Assembly (NCBI RefSeq): GCF_037024155.1
Contig: NZ_JAYKTS010000002.1
Coordinates: forward strand, 182,373 to 206,372
Direction: 5' to 3'
Origin: Bacillus sp. 2205SS5-2
GTDB lineage: Bacteria; Bacillota; Bacilli; Bacillales; Bacillaceae_K
Length of the DNA stretch: 24,000 bases
Positions 10,957 to 18,180 of this stretch are shown piece after piece (within the stretch, counting starts at the first letter, position 1; each line of letters begins with the position of its first letter). The translations under genes were made by a program, and so were the position numbers. Below the pieces are notes generated by a model that saw only the letters and a list, made by a program, of their open reading frames with translations, was not told the origin of the DNA and did not search any database.

Positions 10957-10996
10957 AAAGACTGAGTAACAGCCTAGCTGTCGCTCAGTTTTTTTA
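10955..10996. terminator. Bidirectional intrinsic terminator between yqeY and the convergent SRPBCC gene
   Basis: The stem pairs ACTGAGTAACAGC (10961-10973) with GCTGTCGCTCAGT (10977-10989). It is flanked by AAAAA upstream and TTTTTT downstream. The T-run overlaps the stop codon of the minus-strand gene. Confidence 0.75.
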
Positions 10997-11443
10997 TTTT
11001 TCAGCTATTCTTTTCAACTCTTTTGCGCGATTTACAATAAAACGCCTCATATATTTTTCTAAAAATAATTTATCAGCTATTTTCCCGAAAATTCCAAAAG
11101 GAGATTTATACGAAAAGATGTCTATCATAAAAGTTCCAGTACCACTTTCTATAAAGTCGTGTCTATGCGTGAAAGAGTGGAATGCTCCTTTAACCATACC
11201 ATCTGTAAAGGTGTACGGTTTTTCCATCGTGATGATCCTAGCTGTTAAATTTTGTTTAACTCCAAAATGGATGGCTTCCCAAGTGACTGTATCCCCCATT
11301 TCCATCAGTCCAGTTGTAACACCACAAATAGCTCTTTCTTTCGTTCTGGTTGTTGTTTCTGTATGTACTTCTACGTTTCTCGCAAGGTCAAAACAAACAG
11401 TGAGTGGTTTTTCAATATAAATCTGGTGCTTAATAATAGGCAA
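10994..11443 (-). CDS. SRPBCC (START/Bet v1-like, polyketide-cyclase-fold) family protein, function unknown
   Basis: The 149-aa ORF has an apparent TTG start (complement of CAA 11441-11443) preceded by AAAGGG. The pattern of beta-strand-like segments and a C-terminal helix, including the FTHRHDF motif, resembles small SRPBCC proteins. This is family-level recognition from memory only. Confidence 0.55.
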   Translation of the reverse strand: MPIIKHQIYIEKPLTVCFDLARNVEVHTETTTRTKERAICGVTTGLMEMGDTVTWEAIHFGVKQNLTARIITMEKPYTFTDGMVKGAFHSFTHRHDFIESGTGTFMIDIFSYKSPFGIFGKIADKLFLEKYMRRFIVNRAKELKRIAEK

Positions 11444-11914
11444 GTGCTATCTACCCTTTCATTGGTGTAGGTTTAAAGACGTATAAACGTAAATGATCAA
11501 AGGTATCTGTCATTTACTAAACGCATGAAGATAATAGGAACTCTTTAACATTTTGCATTGTATTTTCGTTTTTGCAGATACAAACAAAAAGAAGGCGAAC
11601 AAAGAAACGGTCAAGTACGTTTTAGCCATACCTATAAAATGTCTTTTTATTGTATCATACGAGAATGTATACCGTTAATATTTTGAGCATGATAGATGGG
11701 TTTGAAAAGTGTTTACCTTAAATTGAATCTATCATGTTCTATACTTATTTCTACTGCATATTTTTTTGGTACTCCAAGCATTCATAACAAGCAATATTTC
11801 TGATGAAAGTATTTGACCATTGATATTTTTCACCTTGGATATTACGACACGCACTTATATGCAACTTCTGAAACGATTACTCGTGTCGACTTCTGCTGGT
11901 GAGAATTACCTAGT

Positions 11915-12098
11915 CAGTCGGCATGTCTTATGCTGGTCGCCGATAAACGGACACCTTGCGCTTTTCTTATTGTCTAGCTCCAGGTGCCATCGGCTCGAGG
12001 TCATAAGACAATCCGCCCAAAAGGTCAAAGGGCGACCATTCAGCCGGCATGTCTTATGCTGGTCGCCGATAAACGGACACCTTGCGCTTTTCTTATTA
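11915..12098 (+). repeat. Diverged hairpin-module array: one complete 126-bp unit (11973-12098) preceded by the 58-bp 3' part of another (11915-11972)
   Basis: The 58-bp direct repeat TCAG(T/C)CGGCATGTCTTATGCTGGTCGCCGATAAACGGACACCTTGCGCTTTTCTTATT occurs at 11915-11972 and 12041-12098 with 1 mismatch. The unit boundaries AGCTCCAGGTGCC...GGACACCTTGCGCTTTTCTTATT resemble the AGCTGCAGTGGCT...AGCCACTTTCGCTTTTAGTCTTAT boundaries of the 3657-3899 modules. Confidence 0.85.
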
Positions 12099-12111
12099 GA
12101 ATAAAGATAGT

Positions 12112-12141
12112 TGATGATTGTGTGTAAAAATAGATATAATG
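12112..12141 (+). promoter_or_regulatory. Weak candidate sigma-A promoter upstream of nfeD: TTGATG -18 nt- TATAAT
   Basis: TTGATG is at 12112-12117 and TATAAT at 12136-12141, starting 14 nt after the repeat array ends. Motif match only. Confidence 0.3.
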
Positions 12142-12185
12142 TAAGAGTAAGGATTCAAAAAAATAATAAAGAACTGAATGTTTTC

Positions 12186-12211
12186 GAAACTTATTTCTTT
12201 TTTTACCGTAA
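12186..12211 (+). promoter_or_regulatory. Candidate ECF sigma-W-type promoter for nfeD-floA-yqfB: CGAAAC -16 nt- CGTA
   Basis: GAAAC at 12187-12191 and CGTA at 12208-12211 have a 16-nt T-rich spacer and lie about 45 nt upstream of ATG 12257. The B. subtilis sigma-W consensus is TGAAAC-N16-CGTA, and the orthologous yqeZ-yqfA-yqfB operon is a known sigma-W regulon member. The first -35 base here is C, not T. Confidence 0.45.
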
Positions 12212-12256
12212 GAGATAAATAACTAGATAAAATAGTTGAGGGGAGGTGTGTAAACC

Positions 12257-13558
12257 ATGAAAAAATTATTGCCCTTTATTACTCTTTTAATTTCATTAGG
12301 ATTTATTATTCCGTCGGTCATGTCTGCTGAAAATGAAAAAGTTGCAATTATCCCTTTACATAAAGAAGTTGAAAAAGGGTTAGCGGCTTTTTTAGATAGA
12401 GCAATATCAGATGCAGAAGAAGCAGGTGCGGATACGATCATTTTTGATATTGATACTCCTGGAGGATTCGTCGATGCTGCCGCAGATATATCTCAATTAT
12501 TAAATGACGTAAAAATAAAGAAAGTGGCTTTTATTAACGAACAAGCATTGTCAGCGGGGGCATTTCTTGCTCTAAATGCTGATGAAATCTATATGGTGCC
12601 TTCGGCGAGTATGGGAGCAGCGGCGGTTATTGATCAACAAGGAAATACGGCAGGAAAGAAAGCCGAAAGCTATTGGCTTACAACGATGGAAACGGCTGCA
12701 GAGAATAGTGGGAGAGACCCAATTTATGCGCTCGCAATGGCAGATGAGGACATTGATCTTCCTGATTTACGAGCACCAAAAGGAGCATTGCTTACCTTAA
12801 GTGCCAAAAATGCAGAAAAGGTTGGGTACTCAGAAGGAACGGTGAAGGATCTTGATGAACTTTTAACGTTGCTTAACCTAGATGATGCGGAAGTAATCAA
12901 TATCAATGAGTCTTTTGCAGAGAAATTAGCCCGCTTCTTTACCAATCCAATTGTAGTGCCTATTTTATTATCTGTAGCAAGCTTAGGATTTATCGTAGAG
13001 CTATATTCACCTGGATTGGGTATTCCAGGTGCGATGGGACTAACGGCTTTATTATTGTTCTTTTATGGACATCTAGTTGCGGGGCTAGCGGGTTATGAAA
13101 CAATCATCTTATTTCTTGTAGGTGTGATACTAATCGTGATAGAACTTTTATTGCCTGGAGGGATTTTTGGCATTATTGGGGTCGCTGCAATTTTGGGGAG
13201 TATTATCATGGCAGGCGGAAATGTCATGTACATGGGAGTGTCGCTTATTATCGCCTTACTTGTTGCGATAATTGCAATGGTCGTGCTAGTTAAGGTGTTT
13301 GGCAAAAAAATGAGTTTGTTTAATAAAATTATTTTAAGGGATTCAACGAACACAGAGAATGGTTATGTTTCTAATCGTACACGAGAGGAGCTTATTGGTG
13401 CGATAGGAATCACGCAAACTGCTCTTCGTCCGGCTGGAACAATCATGATCGAAGACGAACGAATTGATGTAGTCTCAGAAGGTGGCTATATTCCAGAAGA
13501 AAGAAAAGTAAAAGTAATCAAAACAGAAGGATCGAGAATTATTGTTCGGGAACTGTAA
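12257..13558 (+). CDS. nfeD: NfeD-family membrane-bound ClpP-class serine protease (YqeZ)
   Basis: The 433-aa product has a signal/TM N-terminus and a ClpP-like domain (IDTPGG, ALSAGAF), then a block of TM helices and a C-terminal NfeD OB-fold segment. It lies directly upstream of floA. Confidence 0.85.
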   Translation: MKKLLPFITLLISLGFIIPSVMSAENEKVAIIPLHKEVEKGLAAFLDRAISDAEEAGADTIIFDIDTPGGFVDAAADISQLLNDVKIKKVAFINEQALSAGAFLALNADEIYMVPSASMGAAAVIDQQGNTAGKKAESYWLTTMETAAENSGRDPIYALAMADEDIDLPDLRAPKGALLTLSAKNAEKVGYSEGTVKDLDELLTLLNLDDAEVININESFAEKLARFFTNPIVVPILLSVASLGFIVELYSPGLGIPGAMGLTALLLFFYGHLVAGLAGYETIILFLVGVILIVIELLLPGGIFGIIGVAAILGSIIMAGGNVMYMGVSLIIALLVAIIAMVVLVKVFGKKMSLFNKIILRDSTNTENGYVSNRTREELIGAIGITQTALRPAGTIMIEDERIDVVSEGGYIPEERKVKVIKTEGSRIIVREL

Positions 13559-13579
13559 ACCAATAAGGAGGAAAAAAGA

Positions 13580-14578
13580 ATGTCTATTACACCAGAAACG
13601 ATTTTTGTTCTATTGGCGGTCGTAATCGCTGTTATTGTCCTTGCTGTTCTATTCACCTTTGTACCGGTGATGCTGTGGATTTCTGCATTAGCAGCAGGAG
13701 TGAGAATATCAATCTTTACATTAATCGGTATGAGGTTACGTCGAGTTATTCCAAATCGAGTCATTAATCCACTTATTAAAGCATCAAAAGCGGGATTAAC
13801 AGTGACAATCAACCAATTAGAGAGTCATTATTTAGCAGGAGGTAACGTTGACCGAGTGGTAAATGCCCTAATCGCAGCCCACAGAGCGAATATTGAGTTG
13901 ACTTTTGAAAGAGCGGCCGCAATTGATCTAGCCGGTCGTGACGTTCTGGAAGCTGTGCAAATGAGTGTAAACCCCAAAGTAATTGAAACTCCATTTATTG
14001 CCGGTGTTGCTATGGATGGAATCGAAGTAAAAGCAAAAGCAAGAATTACAGTTAGAGCCAATATTGAGCGGCTTGTTGGTGGTGCTGGAGAAGATACGGT
14101 GCTTGCTCGTGTAGGAGAAGGGATTGTATCGACGATAGGTTCATCTAGCAACCATAAAAAAGTGCTTGAAAATCCTGATTTAATCTCACAAACTGTTTTA
14201 ACTAAAGGGTTAGATGCAGGTACAGCTTTCGAGATTTTATCGATTGATATTGCCGATGTTGATATAGGTAAAAATATCGGGGCAGAATTACAAACAGAAC
14301 AAGCGGAAGCAGATAAAAACATCGCCCAAGCGAAGGCTGAAGAAAGACGCGCGATGGCTGTTGCTAATGAGCAAGAAATGAAAGCACGTGTTGAAGAGAT
14401 GAGAGCGAAGGTAGTAGAGGCTGAAGCTGAAGTACCGCTTGCTATGTCGGAAGCCTTGCGTTCTGGTAATATGGGCGTAATGGATTACATGAACCTTCGG
14501 AATATTGATGCAGACACTGAAATGAGAGACTCAATTGGTAAAATGACAGGTGATAAAAAAGATAAAGATCAGAAGTGA
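13580..14578 (+). CDS. floA: Flotillin-like protein FloA (YqfA)
   Basis: The 332-aa product has an N-terminal membrane hairpin followed by the conserved FloA core ([32 protein letters not shown]) and an Ala/Glu-rich coiled-coil. The RBS is AAGGAGG. Confidence 0.93.
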   Translation: MSITPETIFVLLAVVIAVIVLAVLFTFVPVMLWISALAAGVRISIFTLIGMRLRRVIPNRVINPLIKASKAGLTVTINQLESHYLAGGNVDRVVNALIAAHRANIELTFERAAAIDLAGRDVLEAVQMSVNPKVIETPFIAGVAMDGIEVKAKARITVRANIERLVGGAGEDTVLARVGEGIVSTIGSSSNHKKVLENPDLISQTVLTKGLDAGTAFEILSIDIADVDIGKNIGAELQTEQAEADKNIAQAKAEERRAMAVANEQEMKARVEEMRAKVVEAEAEVPLAMSEALRSGNMGVMDYMNLRNIDADTEMRDSIGKMTGDKKDKDQK

Positions 14579-14614
14579 AAACCAAACGACCACTAAATAG
14601 GAAGGAGGGGGACT

Positions 14615-15034
14615 ATGGAAGCGATAATTATCGCTGTGATTATTTTTCTTCTAGGAAGGGTTTTCAATAAAGCTCAGAAGGTCGAGGAGCCCCCTACCTC
14701 GCCTTCCATTCCTCCTCAGCAAGATAAAGGGCGGGTGCAACATAATGCAGATCGGCAAGCCCCTATTCTGAATGAGAACCCAAGGAAGCAACATCAAGTT
14801 GATATGCAAAGAAATGAATTTATTGAAAAAAAATTAGAAGCAGAACATCAATTGAAAACGCTAGAACAAAGAAAAGCGGGACTTTCCAAAACAGCGGAAA
14901 GGTATAAAACACAAACAAAAAGCAGTACACCTACCGTACCATCTTTCAGTCAAAATGATATCATTAATGGAATTGTGTTGTCTGAAGTGCTTGGTCCTCC
15001 AAGATCCAAAGGCAAAAGAATGCGAAAATTTTAA
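14615..15034 (+). CDS. yqfB: Small membrane-anchored protein, YqfB-like (third gene of the nfeD-floA operon)
   Basis: The 139-aa product has one N-terminal TM helix and a Pro/Gln-rich, basic tail. It has a strong RBS (GGAAGGAGGGGG). Its length and position match B. subtilis yqfB. Sequence conservation was not verifiable by eye. Confidence 0.65.
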   Translation: MEAIIIAVIIFLLGRVFNKAQKVEEPPTSPSIPPQQDKGRVQHNADRQAPILNENPRKQHQVDMQRNEFIEKKLEAEHQLKTLEQRKAGLSKTAERYKTQTKSSTPTVPSFSQNDIINGIVLSEVLGPPRSKGKRMRKF

Positions 15035-15043
15035 GTGATGAAT

Positions 15044-15088
15044 CCCCATCTTTTCTCATAAACATGAGAGGAAAGGGGGTTCTTTTTT
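15044..15088 (+). terminator. Intrinsic terminator of nfeD-floA-yqfB; its 3' arm contains the yqfC Shine-Dalgarno
   Basis: CCCCATCTTTTCTCAT (15044-15059) pairs with ATGAGAGGAAAGGGGG (15064-15079): 14 of 16 positions pair, 2 of them T-G wobbles. The loop is AAAC. TTCTTTTTT follows and abuts ATG 15089. Confidence 0.7.
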
Positions 15089-15373
15089 ATGACAAAAAAG
15101 TTGATGCAACATTGGCGTCAATGGATAACAAAGCGAATGGACCTTCCAGAGGATGTGATGATGGATTTACCGAGAATCACAATGGTTGGGCAGCTCCATA
15201 TTTATATAGAAAATCATAATGGATTATTATCTTTTTCCGATAAAGAGGTTCGATTGTTATTAAAAAAAGGACAATTATTAATCAAAGGTAACAAATTTGT
15301 GATTAAAACGATTTTACCAGAAGAAATATTAATACAAGGTAAAATTCAGAAAGTAACCTATGTAGAAGAATAG
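15089..15373 (+). CDS. yqfC: Sporulation protein YqfC
   Basis: The 94-aa product shows the YqfC/YabP-like pattern (LPRITMVGQLHIYIENHNGLLSFSDKEVRL) and lies upstream of yqfD, as in B. subtilis. Confidence 0.88.
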   Translation: MTKKLMQHWRQWITKRMDLPEDVMMDLPRITMVGQLHIYIENHNGLLSFSDKEVRLLLKKGQLLIKGNKFVIKTILPEEILIQGKIQKVTYVEE

Positions 15374-15385
15374 AAAGGAGGCTAA

Positions 15386-16582
15386 ATGGTGAAAAATCAC
15401 TGGATGACTTTTGTGACAGGGAGTGTTGTGGTAAAAGTATCAGGTAAAGGAATAGAGCGATTTATTAACACATTAATTAGGGCAGAGGTTTCCATTTGGA
15501 ATGTCAAAAAAGTTGGGACGGAAACGGTGATCTTTACATTCTTCCTTCATGATTTACATAATGTGAGGAAATCAGTGCGTAGGAGCGACTGTAAAGTTTC
15601 GTTTATTCGAGGAAAAGGTCTTCCTTTTTGGTGGAAGCGTTCACGAAAAAATAGTGGCTTTATGATTGGGGCGGTCCTTTTCTGTTTCATGATTCTTGCA
15701 TTATCTAATATGGTGTGGAAGATAGAAGTGAAAGGGGCATCACCTGAAACGGAGCATGCCTTAAATAAGACTGTAAATGAAATGGGAATTCGTAAGGGTA
15801 AATTGCAATTTTTACTTCCAGATGTTGAGCGTATTCAATCGGATGTGACCCGTGAAATTGATAATATTACATGGGTAGGTGTGGAATTAAAGGGGACAAC
15901 CTTCCATTTTGAAGTCGTTGAAAAAACGGAGCCAGAAGAAAAAAAGGAGGTAGGTCCTCAACATTTAGTAGCGAAGAAAAAAGGAACTATCGTAAAGTTG
16001 TTTGTTGAAGTTGGAAAATCAGAAGTGAAAATTAATCAATATGTGGAAAAAGGGCAAATTCTTGTTTCTGGTTTAATTGGAAAAGAAGGTCAACATGAGG
16101 CTGTATCCGCACAAGGAGAAATTTACGGAGAAACATGGTATACAAGCACGGTTGTGATTCCAATGTCCTCACAATTTGATGTATTAACTGGTGAGGAGGA
16201 AAAGCGATTTTTTCTTTCTTTGGGAGGACTCTCCATACCGGTGTGGGGGTGGGGAGATATCGGTTATGACGACTATAAAGAAGAGAAAACCAAAAAATCG
16301 ATTAACTTCCTAAAATGGTCGTTGCCTATTTCCGTCGATACAACAAGTTACAAAGAAAGTGAGTCTGTTGAGAGAACCTATAACAAAGAGGAGGCTATAA
16401 AAGCAGCGATAGAGCTTGCGAAAGAAGATTTAGCATCTGAATTGTCACAAGATGCAGAAATATCGAATGGAAAAGTTTTGCAAGCTAAAGAAGAGAATGG
16501 TAAAGTAAGGGTAAATATTCATTTTCAAGTAATAGAAAACCTTGCAGAAGGACAACCCATCATTCAAGGAGACTCAGAATGA
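15386..16582 (+). CDS. yqfD: Sporulation protein YqfD (stage IV-like)
   Basis: The 398-aa product has a central TM segment. Its length and position are identical to B. subtilis yqfD. The RBS is AAAGGAGG. Confidence 0.88.
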   Translation: MVKNHWMTFVTGSVVVKVSGKGIERFINTLIRAEVSIWNVKKVGTETVIFTFFLHDLHNVRKSVRRSDCKVSFIRGKGLPFWWKRSRKNSGFMIGAVLFCFMILALSNMVWKIEVKGASPETEHALNKTVNEMGIRKGKLQFLLPDVERIQSDVTREIDNITWVGVELKGTTFHFEVVEKTEPEEKKEVGPQHLVAKKKGTIVKLFVEVGKSEVKINQYVEKGQILVSGLIGKEGQHEAVSAQGEIYGETWYTSTVVIPMSSQFDVLTGEEEKRFFLSLGGLSIPVWGWGDIGYDDYKEEKTKKSINFLKWSLPISVDTTSYKESESVERTYNKEEAIKAAIELAKEDLASELSQDAEISNGKVLQAKEENGKVRVNIHFQVIENLAEGQPIIQGDSE

Positions 16583-17538
16583 CAGAAAAGTTAAAAACCA
16601 TCAATATCTCATTAGAAGACACAAATCAAGCTGTTGCTCTTTTTGGCACAGGTGATACCCATTTAAAAATTATTGAAGAAGCATTGCATGTCACTATCAC
16701 TTCTCGTGGAGGAGATATCTATGTTTCGGGTGATGAAAGTAATGTCAAAAATACAAACAAAGTACTTTCAACATTACTTAAAGTAATCAAAAAAGGCATC
16801 AACATCGGTCCTAGAGATGTGTTATATGCTACCCAACTCGTTAACCAGGGCATAGTAGAGTATATGGTGGATTTATATGAAGAAGAAATCACCAAAAATG
16901 CCAAAGGTCAAACCATTCGAGTGAAAACATTAGGCCAGCGCCATTATATTTCAGCCATTAAAAAGAGTGATTTGGTTTTTGGAATTGGACCAGCTGGGAC
17001 AGGAAAAACATATCTTGCCGTTGTCATGGCTATCCGTGCACTGAAAAATGGAGAAGTTAAGAAAATTATATTAACACGCCCAGCTGTTGAAGCAGGAGAG
17101 AGTCTAGGTTTTTTACCAGGTGATTTAAAGGAAAAAGTCGATCCGTATTTGCGTCCGTTATATGATGCCTTACATGATGTTTTAGGCGCAGAGCATACAG
17201 AAAGATTGATTGATAGAGGAACGATTGAAATAGCTCCTCTTGCCTATATGAGAGGCCGTACCCTAGATGATGCATTTGTAATTTTGGATGAAGCTCAGAA
17301 TACAACTAGTGCTCAAATGAAAATGTTTTTAACGCGCTTAGGATTTGGTTCAAAAATGGTCATTACTGGCGACCCTACTCAGTTTGATTTACCAAAAGGC
17401 GTTCAGTCCGGATTAGTTCAATCAACCACGATTTTAAAAGATGTAAAAGGGATTTCGATAATTGTATTAGAGCAAGGGGACGTAGTACGGCATCCACTAG
17501 TGGCGAAAGTTATTACGGCTTATCAAAATCAAGGATAA
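16579..17538 (+). CDS. phoH: PhoH-family ATPase (YqfE)
   Basis: The 319-aa product has Walker A GPAGTGKT, Walker B-like ILDEAQN and GDPTQ. Its ATG overlaps the yqfD stop (ATGA, 16579-16582). Confidence 0.95.
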   Translation: MTEKLKTINISLEDTNQAVALFGTGDTHLKIIEEALHVTITSRGGDIYVSGDESNVKNTNKVLSTLLKVIKKGINIGPRDVLYATQLVNQGIVEYMVDLYEEEITKNAKGQTIRVKTLGQRHYISAIKKSDLVFGIGPAGTGKTYLAVVMAIRALKNGEVKKIILTRPAVEAGESLGFLPGDLKEKVDPYLRPLYDALHDVLGAEHTERLIDRGTIEIAPLAYMRGRTLDDAFVILDEAQNTTSAQMKMFLTRLGFGSKMVITGDPTQFDLPKGVQSGLVQSTTILKDVKGISIIVLEQGDVVRHPLVAKVITAYQNQG

Positions 17539-17569
17539 CCTGAATATATTATTCAGGTTTTTCTTTTTG
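17537..17569 (+). terminator. Intrinsic terminator downstream of phoH
   Basis: AACCTGAAT (17537-17545) pairs with ATTCAGGTT (17551-17559) around a 5-nt loop, followed by TTTCTTTTT. Confidence 0.8.
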
Positions 17570-17660
17570 AAAGGCTCTTTTCGCATACATTGTGGCTATT
17601 TCATCTGGTTTTTGATTAAATCGCCCATTTCCATGTTGATTCCCATTAAAAATAGACGGA
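17570..17660 (+). repeat. Arm A of the A/C element (left half; homolog of 3453-~3547)
   Basis: See the alignment blocks listed for 3453-3635. It ends with AAAAATAGACGGA immediately before the first hairpin module. Confidence 0.8.
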
Positions 17661-18019
17661 TCTAGCTGCAGTGACTAGCAGCTATGGGACAAATGTTATC
17701 CAACTCCAAAGGTCAGGACCTTCTCCGTTGGATAACATTTGCCCGCCGCTGCTGGGCGAGCCACTTCCGCATTTCGTGATCCAGCTGCAGTGGCTAGGGA
17801 CTCGGGCATTTGTCAGCCCACTACGTGAAGCAGGCTTCACTGCGTGTACTGCCAGATGCCTGCCGTCCCAGGGCAGCCACTTCCGCATTTCTCTGATCCA
17901 GCTGCAGTGGCTTGCGGCTCGGGGTCAAATGAATAACCCTCCAGCGATGCAGGCATCACCTCCGAGTTCTTCATTTGCCTGACGCCGCAGGACAGCCACT
18001 TCCGCATTTCGTAAATGAT
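17661..18019 (+). repeat. Three contiguous hairpin modules (17661-17780, 17781-17897, 17898-~18019)
   Basis: Each unit opens with AGCTGCAGTG(A/G)CT and closes with AGCCACTTCCGCATTTC. The middle unit is a close relative of the 118-bp units at 3657-3892. The outer units have different but equally self-complementary interiors (for example GGGACAAATGTTATCCAAC with GTTGGATAACATTTGCCC, and GGTCAAATGAA with TTCATTTGCC). Confidence 0.9.
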
Positions 18020-18105
18020 GCCCGAAACAAAGCTATATCACCGTTTATATACTGGTGCGAACAGCAACAAACTTTACGAAAACAGCCTTTTGAAAAAAAG
18101 TGAAA
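18020..18105 (+). repeat. Arm C of the A/C element (right half; homolog of ~3552-3635)
   Basis: The sequence CCCGAAACAAAGCTATATCACCGTTTATATACTG...CTTTACGAAAACAGCCTTTTGAAAAAAAGTGAA matches 3552-3635 block for block. Confidence 0.8.
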
Positions 18106-18180
18106 TTTTCGAGGAAAACTGTTATGATTTTACATAATTAACGTTATTGTACCTATCATATAGGGATAGGAAGGAGACCT

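Noticed and set aside
11813-11846. A perfect -35 hexamer TTGACC that could drive transcription into the 11915-12098 repeat array
   Set aside because: The best downstream -10 candidates (GATATT at 19-nt spacing, TGGATA at 17) are poor. There is not enough support to call a promoter.
11820-12104. A 94-aa plus-strand ORF upstream of nfeD
   Set aside because: It contains the same 19-residue peptide twice (SRHVLCWSPINGHLALFLL) because it reads through the 58-bp direct repeat. It has no RBS and begins in AT-rich non-coding sequence. It is a repeat artefact.
13828-14322. A 164-aa antisense ORF inside floA, and the other antisense or alternate-frame ORFs in the track (for example 992-1222, 3127-3405, 6184-6504, 7451-7765, 13486-13812, 21794-22150, 4132-4320)
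   Set aside because: All are nested in well-supported genes. They lack RBSs and have low-complexity or codon-shadow composition. The floA case is explained by its Ala/Glu-rich GCN/GAR codons leaving the opposite strand open.
17671-17982. A 103-aa plus-strand ORF and the overlapping 68-aa minus-strand ORF (17682-17888) in the phoH-pgpH gap
   Set aside because: Both lie entirely inside the hairpin-module array. There is no Shine-Dalgarno before the GTG/ATG. Open frames on both strands are expected from G+C-rich palindromic repeats. The peptide shows repeat-derived recurrences (IQLQWL...) rather than protein-like sequence.
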